Shown here piece by piece: positions 31,593 through 42,039 of a stretch of DNA of 64,000 bases. Made by a program: the position numbers and the translations under genes. The notes under the pieces are model-generated. The model saw only the letters and a list, made by a program, of their open reading frames with translations. It ran no database searches and was not told where the DNA came from. The DNA is from an uncultured delta proteobacterium (GTDB lineage: Bacteria; Desulfobacterota; Binatia; UBA9968). The stretch lies in contig CAVSHR010000008.1 of NCBI GenBank assembly GCA_963727625.1, positions 32,001 to 96,000 of the forward strand, written 5' to 3'. Position 1 is the first letter of the stretch, and every line of letters begins with the position of its first letter.

Positions 31593-32960
31593 ATGAAAAA
31601 TATCGCTCGCGTTATCGGAGGTGGGTTAGCCGGAGCCGAAGCGGCCTGGCAACTCGCCCGCCGCGGGGTTGACGTCGAGTTATTCGAGATGCGCCCGCAG
31701 CAGAAGACCGAAGCTCACGCTACCGCCAATCTCGGAGAGCTGGTGTGTAGCAATTCTCTGCGTTCGGATTCATTGACCGCCCCGGCCGGTTTATTGAAAG
31801 CGGAAATGCGCCAGCTCGATTCCCTAGTCATCCGCTGTGCTGAAGCCCACCGTGTCCCGGCTGGCTCGGCTCTTGCGGTGGATCGTGACGGATTTAGTAC
31901 CGCCTTGACGCATGCGGTGAAAGCGTTGACGGGTGTGCGGCTCATCCGGGCCGAAGTTCAAGAGATTCCTGAGGATGGCATCGTGATTCTCGCCACCGGG
32001 CCGTTGACTTCACCGGCTTTATCGGCGCGGCTAGTGGCGTGCCTCGGTGAAGAGCATCTTTATTTTTATGACGCGATCTCACCGATCGTGACGGCTGAGT
32101 CGATTGACATGGCCGTCGCATATCGGGCCTCGCGTTACGATATAGGCGGCGACGATTATCTCAACTTGCCGCTGACCCGCGACGAGTATATTCACTTTGT
32201 CGACGCCCTGCTCGCCGCGGAACGGGTGCCGACCTACAGGTTCGAGCGCTTTGTTCCCTTCGAAGGCTGCATGCCCATCGAAGAGATGGCCGATCGTGGC
32301 AAGGAGACTCTCGCGTTCGGTCCCATGCGCGCGGTGGGATTGATCGATCCGCGCACGGGACGCCGCCCTTACGCGGTGGCGCAGTTGCGCCAGGAGAATC
32401 GCGAGAAGACGCTTTACAATTTGGTCGGCTTTCAAACCAAGATGACCTATCCGGAGCAGCGCCGTGTGTTCGCCTTGATCCCCGGTTTGGCCAGGGCGGA
32501 ATTCGTCCGCCTCGGCAGCCTGCATCGCAACACTTTCATCAATGCGCCGCTGCATCTCTTGCCGACGCTGCAATGGCGCCAGCGCAGCACGCTATTTTTC
32601 TCCGGCCAGATGACCGGAGTCGAGGGCTACATCGAATCCGCCGCCACGGGCTTGCTCGCCGGGATAAACGCGGCAAACTTGCTAGCGGGAAGGCCGCCGG
32701 TGGTGCCGCCTGCGACCACCGCGCTGGGCGCGCTGTTGCGCTATATTACCGATTCCGAACGCATACGGTTTCAACCGATGAACGTGAACTTTGGCCTGAT
32801 CCCGCCGCTCGCTGCACGCCTGCGCGGCAAAGCGAAAAAGGAAATGATGGCACGCCGCGCGCTCGCCGACATGGCGGCTTGGGCAAGGGAGTTGGACATT
32901 TCGGCGATTCCGTCGGATGGTGATCCAAAGCGGATCGTTGAAGGACGCAAAGTCCCGTGA
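31593..32960 (+). CDS. trmFO: tRNA U54 methyltransferase, FAD/folate-dependent
   Basis: [32 protein letters not shown] and [10 protein letters not shown]. Confidence 0.97.
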   Translation: MKNIARVIGGGLAGAEAAWQLARRGVDVELFEMRPQQKTEAHATANLGELVCSNSLRSDSLTAPAGLLKAEMRQLDSLVIRCAEAHRVPAGSALAVDRDGFSTALTHAVKALTGVRLIRAEVQEIPEDGIVILATGPLTSPALSARLVACLGEEHLYFYDAISPIVTAESIDMAVAYRASRYDIGGDDYLNLPLTRDEYIHFVDALLAAERVPTYRFERFVPFEGCMPIEEMADRGKETLAFGPMRAVGLIDPRTGRRPYAVAQLRQENREKTLYNLVGFQTKMTYPEQRRVFALIPGLARAEFVRLGSLHRNTFINAPLHLLPTLQWRQRSTLFFSGQMTGVEGYIESAATGLLAGINAANLLAGRPPVVPPATTALGALLRYITDSERIRFQPMNVNFGLIPPLAARLRGKAKKEMMARRALADMAAWARELDISAIPSDGDPKRIVEGRKVP

Positions 32961-33892
32961 GCCCGCGGCGCAGCGCCTTTATCGACGTCGGCACCAACAC
33001 GATTCTCTGTCTGATCGCGGAAGTCAGGGACACTGGCCGCTTTCGGGTCTTGGACGATCTGGCCGAAATCACCCGGCTCGGCCAGGGTGTCGATCGGACG
33101 CGCCGGATCAGTTCAGATGGCGAGCAGCGCAGTCTCGCCGTACTCAGGCGCTATCGTGATCAGTGTAAAAATCTCGGTGTTGACGAGATCTTCGCCGTCG
33201 GTACCAGTGCGCTGCGCGACGCCACCAATAGCGCCGAGGTGCGTGCCCGCATTCGGGCCGAGCTCGGCATCGACATACGCGTGATCTCCGGCGCCGAAGA
33301 GGCGGCATATTCATTTCTCGCCGTGCAGCGCAGCCTGTCGCTGACCGCAAAAGAAACTTTGGTCATCGATGTCGGCGGTGGCAGCACCGAGCTGGTCCGC
33401 GGCAACGAAAATGGTGTACGCCGGGCAATCAGCATCGATCTCGGTTCGGTGCGCCTGACCGAACGATTCCTTCACGCCGATCCGGTTAAGCCGGAAGAAC
33501 TGGCGCAAATGCGTGAGACCATCGATCGAGAGCTCGCGCGCTTGCCCGATCGGGATGTGGCGCCCGATGCGACGCTCACGCTGGTCGGCATCGCCGGCAC
33601 GTTTACCACGCTAGCGGCCATGGAAAAAAAACTGGCGCGCTATTCGCACGGCGAAGTTCATGGTAGTGTCTTGACGCTTGAACAAGTGCGGCGCCAGCGC
33701 AACCGGCTGGAGCGCAAATCGATCGCCGAACGGCGGCAGATGATCGGCCTCGAGCCGCAGCGAGCCGATGTAATTTTTGCCGGCGCCTTATTGATTGAAC
33801 GGATCATGGCGCGCTACCATGCTGCTCTCGTGATCGTCAGCGATCAGGGCGTGCGTTACGGTTTGCTGCACGAGGCCGCGCAGCCAAATTAG
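32957..33892 (+). CDS. ppx: Ppx/GppA family phosphatase
   Basis: [32 protein letters not shown] and GVRYG. Confidence 0.92.
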   Translation: MSPRRSAFIDVGTNTILCLIAEVRDTGRFRVLDDLAEITRLGQGVDRTRRISSDGEQRSLAVLRRYRDQCKNLGVDEIFAVGTSALRDATNSAEVRARIRAELGIDIRVISGAEEAAYSFLAVQRSLSLTAKETLVIDVGGGSTELVRGNENGVRRAISIDLGSVRLTERFLHADPVKPEELAQMRETIDRELARLPDRDVAPDATLTLVGIAGTFTTLAAMEKKLARYSHGEVHGSVLTLEQVRRQRNRLERKSIAERRQMIGLEPQRADVIFAGALLIERIMARYHAALVIVSDQGVRYGLLHEAAQPN

Positions 33893-34007
33893 GGTTATTG
33901 ACATTTGCGGATGAATTGGAAATGATCGGCCGTTGTTTTTGGGCGACCAAAAAATTTCTAAGTGACATGGAATCATCGCCGGCTTGTCACGGAGGGAGGT
34001 GAACGCA

Positions 34008-34277
34008 ATGACCAAGGGTGAATTAATCGACGCCGTTGCCAGGAGTGCCAAGATCAGCAAACTGGCCGCCGGCGAGGCCGTGGACGCGACCTTCGAGTGC
34101 ATCACCAAAGCGATTAAAAAGAGTAAGCGCTTTCAAGTTCCCGGATTTGGGACCTTCACGGTACGCGCGCGCAAAGCCCGCAAAGGTAGAAATCCTCAAA
34201 CCGGCGCCATGATCAACATCAAGGCGAGCCGCACCGTAGGATTCAAGGCCGCGCCGGTATTGAAAAAGGGCCTGTAA
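34008..34277 (+). CDS. hup: HU family DNA-binding protein
   Basis: MTKGELI, GFGTF and ARKGRNPQTG; GGAGG RBS. Confidence 0.95.
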   Translation: MTKGELIDAVARSAKISKLAAGEAVDATFECITKAIKKSKRFQVPGFGTFTVRARKARKGRNPQTGAMINIKASRTVGFKAAPVLKKGL

Positions 34278-34297
34278 AATCTTCCGGTCGTCCGTTG

Positions 34298-34332
34298 AAG
34301 GCCACTACGGAAAACCGGGTGGCCTTTTTTTT
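34298..34332 (+). terminator. Intrinsic terminator after hup
   Basis: AAGGCCAC...GTGGCCTT hairpin followed by a T run. Confidence 0.8.
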
Positions 34333-34414
34333 GCCCGGCTTGATGCCGGCGGGCTGGCCACGTAAACTAAAGCGCACTCAAAAGCGCCGAATCGTTGGTC
34401 GAGAAAGACTCGTC

Positions 34415-35332
34415 ATGTCACTGAAAACTGAAAAAATTTGGCTCGATGGTGAATTGATCCGTTGGGAGGATGCCAAAGTGCACGTGCTCTCGCACGCGCT
34501 GCACTACGGCACGGGATATTTCGAAGGCATCCGCTGCTACGCATTGGCGGACGGCCGCTCGGCAATATTTCGCCTGGCGGAACATATGCGCCGGCTCGCC
34601 GATTCCGGCAAGATCCTCGGTTTTCCCCTGCCGTACACGGAGGCACAACTCAATCAAGCGACTCTCGATGTGATACGCGCGAACAAATTAAAGGAGTGCT
34701 ACATCCGTCCATTGGCCTTTGTCGGCCTCGGCGAATTAGGCCTCTACGCGCCGATGAATCCGGTCAATGTCTCTATCGCGGTTTGGCCATGGGGTGCGTA
34801 CCTCGGCGACGAGGGGCTTCAAAATGGCATTCGCGCCAAAGTATCGTCGTACACGCGCCACCACGTCAATGTGATGATGACCAAGAGCAAGAGCACGGGC
34901 AACTATATCAATTCGGTGCTGGCCAAGCATGAAGTGAAAAAAGCCGGTTACGACGAGGCGATCATGCTCGATGTCGAGGGCTACGTGTCGGAGGCCAGCG
35001 GGGAGAATATTTTCATGGTGCGCGACCGCAAAATTAAAACCACCCCGCTCACTTCGATCCTTCCCGGTATTACCAGAGACGCGATTATTACCTTGGCCCG
35101 GGATAAAGGTTACACGGTGATTGAAGAGCGCTTTACCCGCGATGAGCTTTATACTGCCGACGAGGCCTTTTTTACCGGCACGGCGGCCGAGCTGACGCCG
35201 ATTCGCGAAGTGGACGATCGGCAAATCGGCGCCGGGCGGCGCGGGCCGGTGACCGAAGATATTCAGCAAACTTTTTTCGACGTCATCAAGGGCAAAAATC
35301 GTAAATACGAGAATTGGCTTACCTACGTCTAG
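34415..35332 (+). CDS. ilvE: Branched-chain amino acid aminotransferase
   Basis: HALHYG.G.FEGIR, YIRP, GNYINS, GENIF, ILPGITR and FTGTAAE. Confidence 0.96.
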   Translation: MSLKTEKIWLDGELIRWEDAKVHVLSHALHYGTGYFEGIRCYALADGRSAIFRLAEHMRRLADSGKILGFPLPYTEAQLNQATLDVIRANKLKECYIRPLAFVGLGELGLYAPMNPVNVSIAVWPWGAYLGDEGLQNGIRAKVSSYTRHHVNVMMTKSKSTGNYINSVLAKHEVKKAGYDEAIMLDVEGYVSEASGENIFMVRDRKIKTTPLTSILPGITRDAIITLARDKGYTVIEERFTRDELYTADEAFFTGTAAELTPIREVDDRQIGAGRRGPVTEDIQQTFFDVIKGKNRKYENWLTYV

Positions 35333-35392
35333 CGGTGCTGGGCCGCTTGTCGAGACTTTCCGCCGGGCGGCGGACGAGTTAGAACACTGCCA

Positions 35393-35764
35393 ATGCCGGA
35401 ATTCACCGATGCCACTTTACGCGTGACCATGTTGCCGCGTGATACCAACGCGCGCGGCACGATTTTCGGAGGCGTGATTCTAAGCCATATCGACTTGGCC
35501 GGTGGCATCGCCGCGTCACGGCAAGCGACGCGAAATTTTGTTACTCGGGCGATGCGCGAGGTTGAATTTATCGCCCCGGTGTATGTCGGCGACGTGGTGA
35601 GTTTTTACACTTCCGTGCTGCGTCAGGGCACAACTTCTGTTACAATAAAAGTCAGCGTCGAAGCGGAGCGCGGCAAGGATCCTCGCCGTCGGGTCAAGGT
35701 CACCGAAGCGGAGGTCATCTATGTCGCGGTGGACGAAGCCGGAAAACCACTACCGGTGAAGTAA
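35393..35764 (+). CDS. Acyl-CoA thioesterase (hotdog fold)
   Basis: PRDTNARGTIFGG...DLAG and YVAVD motifs. Confidence 0.9.
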   Translation: MPEFTDATLRVTMLPRDTNARGTIFGGVILSHIDLAGGIAASRQATRNFVTRAMREVEFIAPVYVGDVVSFYTSVLRQGTTSVTIKVSVEAERGKDPRRRVKVTEAEVIYVAVDEAGKPLPVK

Positions 35765-35767
35765 ATT

Positions 35768-36616
35768 ATGCCCGAGCACTGGTTATCAAAATATTTTTGC
35801 GCTTTCGCGCTTTGTTTAGTGGCGGCGGCGAACGCCGGCGCTGAGGCGGTCACAACGATCCAGACGACACGCCCCGGCTGCTGCGGCCAGACCGATGCCG
35901 ACATCGCACGCTGGCACCAGAACGCCGACCGGCTTTACGGTCAATTCAAACCAGCCGAGGCGGTTCGCGAGCTGGAGAAAATCCTCGTGGTGGACAGCCG
36001 CAATTTTCAAGCGCTGATCAAACTAGCACGCGCGCATATCGATATGGGTGATCAGATCGCAGAGAATAGCGCCAGTGCGAACGAGCATAGGCTGAAGCAA
36101 TACGCCCTCGCCGAAGACTACGCCCGCAAAGCGGTTAATGTAGATTCCAGCTCAACCTGGGGCCACTTTTGGATCGCCGCTGCCCTTGGCAATATTGCAA
36201 TGCATTCGCCGATCGCAAAGCAGTTGGAACTTGCTGGCGAGATACGCGCGGAGATCGAGAAGGCATTGGAGCGCGATCCCAAGAACGGTTTAGCCTACCA
36301 TGTTTACGGCGTGTGGCATCGCAAGATCGCCGAGATCGGCGGCGCCAGTCGAGTTTTCGCGTCCGTGGTCTACGGGAAATCGGTTCCTTCCGGAACGCTC
36401 GAAAAATCGATCGAATATTTGAGAAAAGCCGTAGAGCTCAATCCCACCGTGATCGTATCCCGTTTGGAGCTGGCGCGCAGTCATATCGAAAAAGAACAAT
36501 GGGAACAGGCGCGGGCTTTGCTCACTTCGATTCCGGCCTTGCCGATTCAATTCTCCGACGACGCCAAGCACAAGCAAAAAGCCAAACAGCTCTTGGCCGA
36601 AATCAAGGATCGTTAG
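35768..36616 (+). CDS. Exported tetratricopeptide-repeat protein
   Basis: Signal peptide followed by TPR-like helices (KALERDP, KAVELNP). Confidence 0.8.
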   Translation: MPEHWLSKYFCAFALCLVAAANAGAEAVTTIQTTRPGCCGQTDADIARWHQNADRLYGQFKPAEAVRELEKILVVDSRNFQALIKLARAHIDMGDQIAENSASANEHRLKQYALAEDYARKAVNVDSSSTWGHFWIAAALGNIAMHSPIAKQLELAGEIRAEIEKALERDPKNGLAYHVYGVWHRKIAEIGGASRVFASVVYGKSVPSGTLEKSIEYLRKAVELNPTVIVSRLELARSHIEKEQWEQARALLTSIPALPIQFSDDAKHKQKAKQLLAEIKDR

Positions 36617-37001
36617 TTGCGCGGGAGCCGCCTTCATTCAAAAATCGACGCGCCTGATCATTGATCCGGTTGACCGGCGGGCGTTGGCCATGCTCGGAGA
36701 AGAGCACCAGCCGGAGCGGCTTGCCCGGGCTTTCCAGCCGATCATGCAGCAAGATCGCTTGAGACACGGAAATGTGCGTGTCCCGCTTGCCGCGAAAAAC
36801 CAGAGTGCTGGCGTGTTAATCGGCGACTTGCGGAAGCCAATTTTTCAGCTTCGGTTGTTCTTCGCCTTGGGAATTATCCGGGCGACGCAACCAGAAGCGA
36901 GAACTGCCATGGTAAACGTTTGCCCTCTCACATCCGCTGCTACCGCATTTTCGGCGTCAACCCCCCCAAACGTTTGCACGACCGGGGCGCTTTAAGTATC
37001 A

Positions 37002-37928
37002 ATGAAACGGCTGATGATTAGAAATCTTTTCAAGCACTGGCTCCCATTCGTCCTGTTTTTGATGTTAGTTGCTTGCGGCGAGTCGGATAAGGCTGCGAAG
37101 ACGTTGCGCGTCGGCTTCGTGCCGGCTGAAGACGCGCAACAGGTGATGCAAAATGCCCAACCCTTGGTCGAGCTATTGCGCCGGCGCTTAGGGATGGAGA
37201 TCCAGCCGTTTGTCGCCACGGATTATACCGGCGTCGTCGAGGCATTGCGCGTCAACAAGTTGGATGTCGCGTTTTTGGCACCCGCCTCCTATGTTTTGGC
37301 CAAGAGTGAGGCGGACATCAAAGTGATCCTCAAGTCCGAGCGCAAGGGCCTTCCATTTTACTACGCCGCGATCATCACGCGGGCCGACAGCGGCATAAGG
37401 ACGCTCGAAGATCTGCGCGGCAAAACCTTCGCGTTTGGTGATTCGCTGTCCACCACCGGCCATGTTTTTCCGCGCAAAATGTTCCGGGAGCACGGCATCG
37501 ATCCGGTGCGCGATTTCAAAAAAATTCTCTATTCCGGCGGCCATGACGCTACCGTGTTGGCGGTGCTGAACGGTAAAGTTGACGCCGGCGCGACCTACGC
37601 GAATTCGCCGGACAGCCAGGACACGGCCTGGATGCGTTATCTGAAAGACCCCCGCGACGTTGAACAAATTCGCGCCATCGCTTTCTCGGAGCCGATACCG
37701 GCCGATAATTTAGTCGTTAGCGCCGGTCTCGACGGCGCGATTAGCAAGAAAATCGAAGAGCTATTTCTCGATCTAAGCCGCGACCCCAAAGGGAAAAAAA
37801 TGCTCCGCGACCTCTATCAGATCGACGGCTTTGTCCGCGCCAAGGATGCCGATTATGATCCGGTGCGCCAGGCCTTCGCCGACGCCGGCATTCAAATCAA
37901 GCAAGCCCTGCAAAAAATACACCCGTGA
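37002..37928 (+). CDS. phnD: Phosphate/phosphite/phosphonate ABC substrate-binding lipoprotein
   Basis: Lipobox LVAC, DYTGVVEAL, STTG and GGHDA motifs. Confidence 0.9.
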   Translation: MKRLMIRNLFKHWLPFVLFLMLVACGESDKAAKTLRVGFVPAEDAQQVMQNAQPLVELLRRRLGMEIQPFVATDYTGVVEALRVNKLDVAFLAPASYVLAKSEADIKVILKSERKGLPFYYAAIITRADSGIRTLEDLRGKTFAFGDSLSTTGHVFPRKMFREHGIDPVRDFKKILYSGGHDATVLAVLNGKVDAGATYANSPDSQDTAWMRYLKDPRDVEQIRAIAFSEPIPADNLVVSAGLDGAISKKIEELFLDLSRDPKGKKMLRDLYQIDGFVRAKDADYDPVRQAFADAGIQIKQALQKIHP

Positions 37929-38704
37929 CCATCCTGGAAATCCAGCAGTTGTGCCAATCCTACAATGGCAGCACGCCGGTGTTGCGCGGCGTCAGTTTCA
38001 AGGTCGAGCAGGGTGAATTCGTGGGTATCATCGGTCTTTCCGGTTCGGGTAAATCGACGCTGCTGCGCTGCATCAACCGGCTGGTCGAGGCCGGCGCGGG
38101 TGAAATTAAAATGCCGCGCGGTCTTCTAACCGGCGCGCCGAACGGCGCGCCGATCGATCTTTCAAAGCTCGATAGCGCCGACCTGCGCCGCGTGCGCTGC
38201 AAGATCGGCATGATTTTCCAGCAATTCAATCTTGCCAAGCGATTGTCCGTTCTGGAAAACGTGCTCGCTGGCGGCCTCGGCTATCAGCCGGCGTTACGCA
38301 GCGCGCTGAGAATTTTTACCCGCGACGAGCGGCGCCTAGCGCTCACCAATCTCAAGCGCGTCGGTTTGCTTGAACACGCCTACCGGCGCGCTGATGAGCT
38401 TAGCGGCGGCGAGCAGCAGCGGGTCGCTATCGCGCGCACGTTGATGCAACGGCCGGCGCTCATTCTCGCCGATGAGCCGGTTTCGAGCCTGGATCCGAAG
38501 CTGTCGCGGGTCGTGCTCGATATTCTCAAGCGGGTCTGCCGCGAAGACGGGATCACCGCGCTGGTGAGCTTGCACACTCTCGAACTGACGCGGGAGTATG
38601 CCGACCGGGTCGTTGGCCTCAAGCAAGGCGAGGTCGTCTTCGATGGCACCACGCGCGAACTTAGCGACCTTGCGGTGGAGGCAATCTATCAGCACAAAGC
38701 ATAG
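37925..38704 (+). CDS. phnC: Phosphonate ABC ATP-binding subunit
   Basis: GLSGSGKSTLLRCINRL, FQQFNL, RADELSGGEQQRV and DEPVSSLDP. Confidence 0.92.
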   Translation: MTILEIQQLCQSYNGSTPVLRGVSFKVEQGEFVGIIGLSGSGKSTLLRCINRLVEAGAGEIKMPRGLLTGAPNGAPIDLSKLDSADLRRVRCKIGMIFQQFNLAKRLSVLENVLAGGLGYQPALRSALRIFTRDERRLALTNLKRVGLLEHAYRRADELSGGEQQRVAIARTLMQRPALILADEPVSSLDPKLSRVVLDILKRVCREDGITALVSLHTLELTREYADRVVGLKQGEVVFDGTTRELSDLAVEAIYQHKA

Positions 38705-40528
38705 CTAGGTGCGCGGCGCTTTGGCGCCCGGGTGAAGCCCGGTGCCGCGTTTTTCCAGAACTTCGAGGCCGTAGCGGTAGCCGGCAGCGATAATCTCGTC
38801 GATGCGGCGCCAATCAAAGATACCGAACTGGCCGACCGGTGGATTTAAATAAAGATCGGCGTCGGTTTTGACCGCTTCGATCGTGCGCAGGCTACCAACG
38901 GTGGTGGCGCGATAGAGAATATTAAAAATGTTTGGCAGATCCGGTTTTGTGGCCAGGGGATTGAACCGGCGCCAAAGGAGATTCCAGCCGGAGACGCTGT
39001 AGCTCTCTGCCAGTTGGCTTTTAAACTCGACCTGTTCGCTCACGTCGACGGCGGCGACGGTGCCCTGGCAGAGTTTTCTCATGACGTCGACGGGCAAGTT
39101 GTTCATCAAGCCGCCGTCGACAAAAATTTCGCCACGCTCAATAGCGGGTGGCCCGATACCGGGAATCGAAATGCTCGCACGAACGGCTTTCCACAGCGGG
39201 CCGCGGCGATGAACCTTCTGATCGGCGCGAGTGAGGTTGGTCGACACGCAGAAAAATTTGTCGCGCAGATCTTGTATCTCAACTGCGCCGAACATTTTTT
39301 CGAGCATGCGGTCCATGCGCTTGCCGGAGTTGAGCGCGACCAGCGGCAAGGTCAAGTTTCGCTGCGGCTCGCAGCGCGGCCATTGCTCTCGGTTCACCCG
39401 GGTCATTTCTCGCCATTGCCAGCCCAAGGCATGCTGCGCGGCGATGACCGCGCCCATGCTGGTGCCGCCGATGTAGTCGACGGGAATTCCGCATTCGTCA
39501 AGCGCGCGCAGGATGCCGACGTGAGCGAAGCCGCGGGCGCCGCCGCCACTCAGAACCAAGCCGACGGCGGCGCCTGTAAGCAGGCGCACCAGTTTGTCCA
39601 TATCGGCGTCGGCCGTTGGCACGACGTGATAGTGGGAATCGAGAGGAAACAGCGTTAGCCATCGATCGGCGCGCACACTCGGATCGAAAGCGCCATTGTG
39701 CAAGAGCGCCAATTCAAGCACCGCGCTCACTTGATGGCGCGAGAAATAGTCGGTCAGTGCTGCGCACCTGATTTTATCCGGTGCGTCGCTGGCCGCCCCA
39801 AGCAACAGAATCAGATCGGCTTGACGCAGGCATTGTTCGGTCCACGGCGACAGCTCGTTTTCGGCTTCGTAGACAACAAAGCGATGCTTGCCCTCCAGGT
39901 CATTGAGCCGGGCGGTCAGCGTGTCGTCACCCTCGGAGCGAGCATCGTCCGGCAACCCCGGCGTTCGATCGAGGCGGTTGCTCAGATGAAGCGTGCTGCC
40001 GACCTTACTCAGCGCTTCAACGAGTCGCTCGACGAAACGCCCCGCCGCCTGCGCGTCGAAAGGCAGCACGGCCAAGGTTCTGATGTTACGCTTCGACAAA
40101 GATTCGTCTGTGCCTTCGCTCTGACGCTCGGCGATTTGCACCAAAAGTTCGCCGGCCAGCTGAGGATGCTTTTTGAGCGCGTTCTCAAAGGCGGACCGGG
40201 AGAAGCGCGCTAACTCGGTATCGCGGATGGCGCGTACGGTGGCGGAGCGCGGTTTTCCGGTAAGGATCGCGAGCTCGCCGACGCTTTCGCCACGGCCGAT
40301 TTCGCGGATCGCTTCTTGAGTTCCGTCGGGCCGCGTAGTGAAAATGCGCAGCCGCCCGGAGAGTACGATGTACATGGAGTCGGCGGCGTCGCCGGCGCGA
40401 AACAAGGTTGCGCCGCCGGGTAGCAGGCGCCAGTCCAGCCCGGGGAGAAAAGTTTCGAGGGCAGCGGGACCTACCGTTAGAAATAGCGCTGCGGCCGACA
40501 GGTGCGGTATTTTTTCCGGGGGAAACAT
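38705..40528 (-). CDS. Cyclic-nucleotide-binding domain plus patatin phospholipase (NTE/RssA-like)
   Basis: N-terminal CNB (VGELAIL, RSATVRA); patatin GGGARG, GTSMG and DGG motifs. Confidence 0.9.
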   Translation of the reverse strand: MFPPEKIPHLSAAALFLTVGPAALETFLPGLDWRLLPGGATLFRAGDAADSMYIVLSGRLRIFTTRPDGTQEAIREIGRGESVGELAILTGKPRSATVRAIRDTELARFSRSAFENALKKHPQLAGELLVQIAERQSEGTDESLSKRNIRTLAVLPFDAQAAGRFVERLVEALSKVGSTLHLSNRLDRTPGLPDDARSEGDDTLTARLNDLEGKHRFVVYEAENELSPWTEQCLRQADLILLLGAASDAPDKIRCAALTDYFSRHQVSAVLELALLHNGAFDPSVRADRWLTLFPLDSHYHVVPTADADMDKLVRLLTGAAVGLVLSGGGARGFAHVGILRALDECGIPVDYIGGTSMGAVIAAQHALGWQWREMTRVNREQWPRCEPQRNLTLPLVALNSGKRMDRMLEKMFGAVEIQDLRDKFFCVSTNLTRADQKVHRRGPLWKAVRASISIPGIGPPAIERGEIFVDGGLMNNLPVDVMRKLCQGTVAAVDVSEQVEFKSQLAESYSVSGWNLLWRRFNPLATKPDLPNIFNILYRATTVGSLRTIEAVKTDADLYLNPPVGQFGIFDWRRIDEIIAAGYRYGLEVLEKRGTGLHPGAKAPRT

Positions 40529-40924
40529 TCTTAGCTGCTGCGACCTCGGCGGAGTCCTGGGGCAAAGTTGACGCGGTTTTCGATTATTTCATTGCTTTAT
40601 TGTCGTAGTCGCACTCTCGGACGATCGCGTGCCGAATCATGCTGCGTTCGGCTGCTCATCCCGACGCGCACAACTAACCGAATTGAAGCTTGCCTGTCAA
40701 ACGACCTGTGGCGGCGTTATTTTCGCTCTGACCCCTATCGCCGCGCCGGTTCAACAGCGTATCCGACAGGGATATCGGGCAATCGACGTTGACTTAACCA
40801 ACGATCGAATGCGGTACAGATGGCTTGTTCCGACGCAGAGCAATGCGTTATGGTTTGACCCGTTGGCGCGAACGTTTACCGACGACGGGTTAACCCAGGT
40901 CTGGTTTGGAGGGAGGAGGTTACT

Positions 40925-41863
40925 TTGGCCCAAGCAGCAAATAAAATGGAAGAGCAGGATATCCTGCTGGAGGCGCCGCGCCGACCCCGGTACGGCAAGA
41001 AATTTTTCACCGCTGTCGCCCTCGGATCGATGATTCTACTTTGGTCCTTTCAAGGGGCGAAAATCCGGCCCGGTGAGCTGGTCGAGGGCATTCCGCAAAT
41101 TTTCGCCACTCTCGAGCGCATGTTGCCACCGGACTTCACGAAAATCACGGACGCTAAGAATTATTATGCGCCTGAGGAGTTGAGCTGGACCGAGCTGCTT
41201 TTGCCAGTGCCCCTCGGCGAGGCGGGGGCACGGGCGCGCCGGCGTTGGTGGAATAATACATTTCCGCAAACGGTGGCCGGCGCGACGCTGGAGACTGTCC
41301 AGATGGCGCTCGCAGGAACGTTTTTGGCGTTGATTGCCGCTTTTCCGTTGGGCTTCCTGGCCGCGCGCAACACGACACCGCATCCGGTCGTCTATCATGC
41401 CGTGCGCGGCGCGCTCAATCTGGTGCGCACTATACCCGATCTCGCCCTTGGGCTATTGTTCGTCGCGGCGGTGGGCTTAGGGGCGTTCGCCGGCACCCTG
41501 GCCCTGGCGATTCACACCGCTACGGTGCTCGGTAAACTGTTGTCCGAATCGGCGGAAAATATCGACGAAGGAGTGGTCGAAGCAATCCGCGCCACCGGCG
41601 CCGGCTACCCGCAGATCCTTTCTTTCGCGGTGCTGCCGCAGATCTTGCCCGACCTGATTTCATTTACGTTGTACCGGCTCGAAACCAATATCCGGGCCGC
41701 TTCGGTGCTCGGATTGATCGGCGCCGGTGGCATCGGCTACCTGATGAACACGAGCTTTCGAACTTTTCAGTATCAAGAGGCGGCAGCGATTGTTTTAGTG
41801 CTGATCGGGCTGGTGATGCTGGTCGATTATCTGAGTTCGCGGTTGCGCACCCGGGTCGTCTAA
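40925..41863 (+). CDS. phnE: Phosphonate ABC permease
   Basis: ETVQMA..GT, RTIPD, GKLLSESAENID, ETNIRAASVLGLIGAGGIG; GGAGGAGG RBS before TTG. Confidence 0.92.
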   Translation: MAQAANKMEEQDILLEAPRRPRYGKKFFTAVALGSMILLWSFQGAKIRPGELVEGIPQIFATLERMLPPDFTKITDAKNYYAPEELSWTELLLPVPLGEAGARARRRWWNNTFPQTVAGATLETVQMALAGTFLALIAAFPLGFLAARNTTPHPVVYHAVRGALNLVRTIPDLALGLLFVAAVGLGAFAGTLALAIHTATVLGKLLSESAENIDEGVVEAIRATGAGYPQILSFAVLPQILPDLISFTLYRLETNIRAASVLGLIGAGGIGYLMNTSFRTFQYQEAAAIVLVLIGLVMLVDYLSSRLRTRVV

Positions 41864-42039
41864 CGGCAATCGCCGCGTCCCAGTGGGTCGTCGGCCCCCC
41901 GCCAGCGGAGATTTGCCGACTTGATTCGCATCTGGTTTGTGCCTTTGGTGATTTCGCCGAATGTTCGCCGCGTTGTAGCGGCGGTGTCGTGGACATTTTT
42001 TTTAACCATGTGATAATCTCGCTGTGGAGAAACTCATCG

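Noticed and set aside
36684-36995. 103-aa ORF before phnD
   Set aside because: No RBS or family signal recognised; possibly decayed sequence
40568-40924. Short ORFs between the patatin gene and phnE
   Set aside because: No recognisable homology, including to a second phnE
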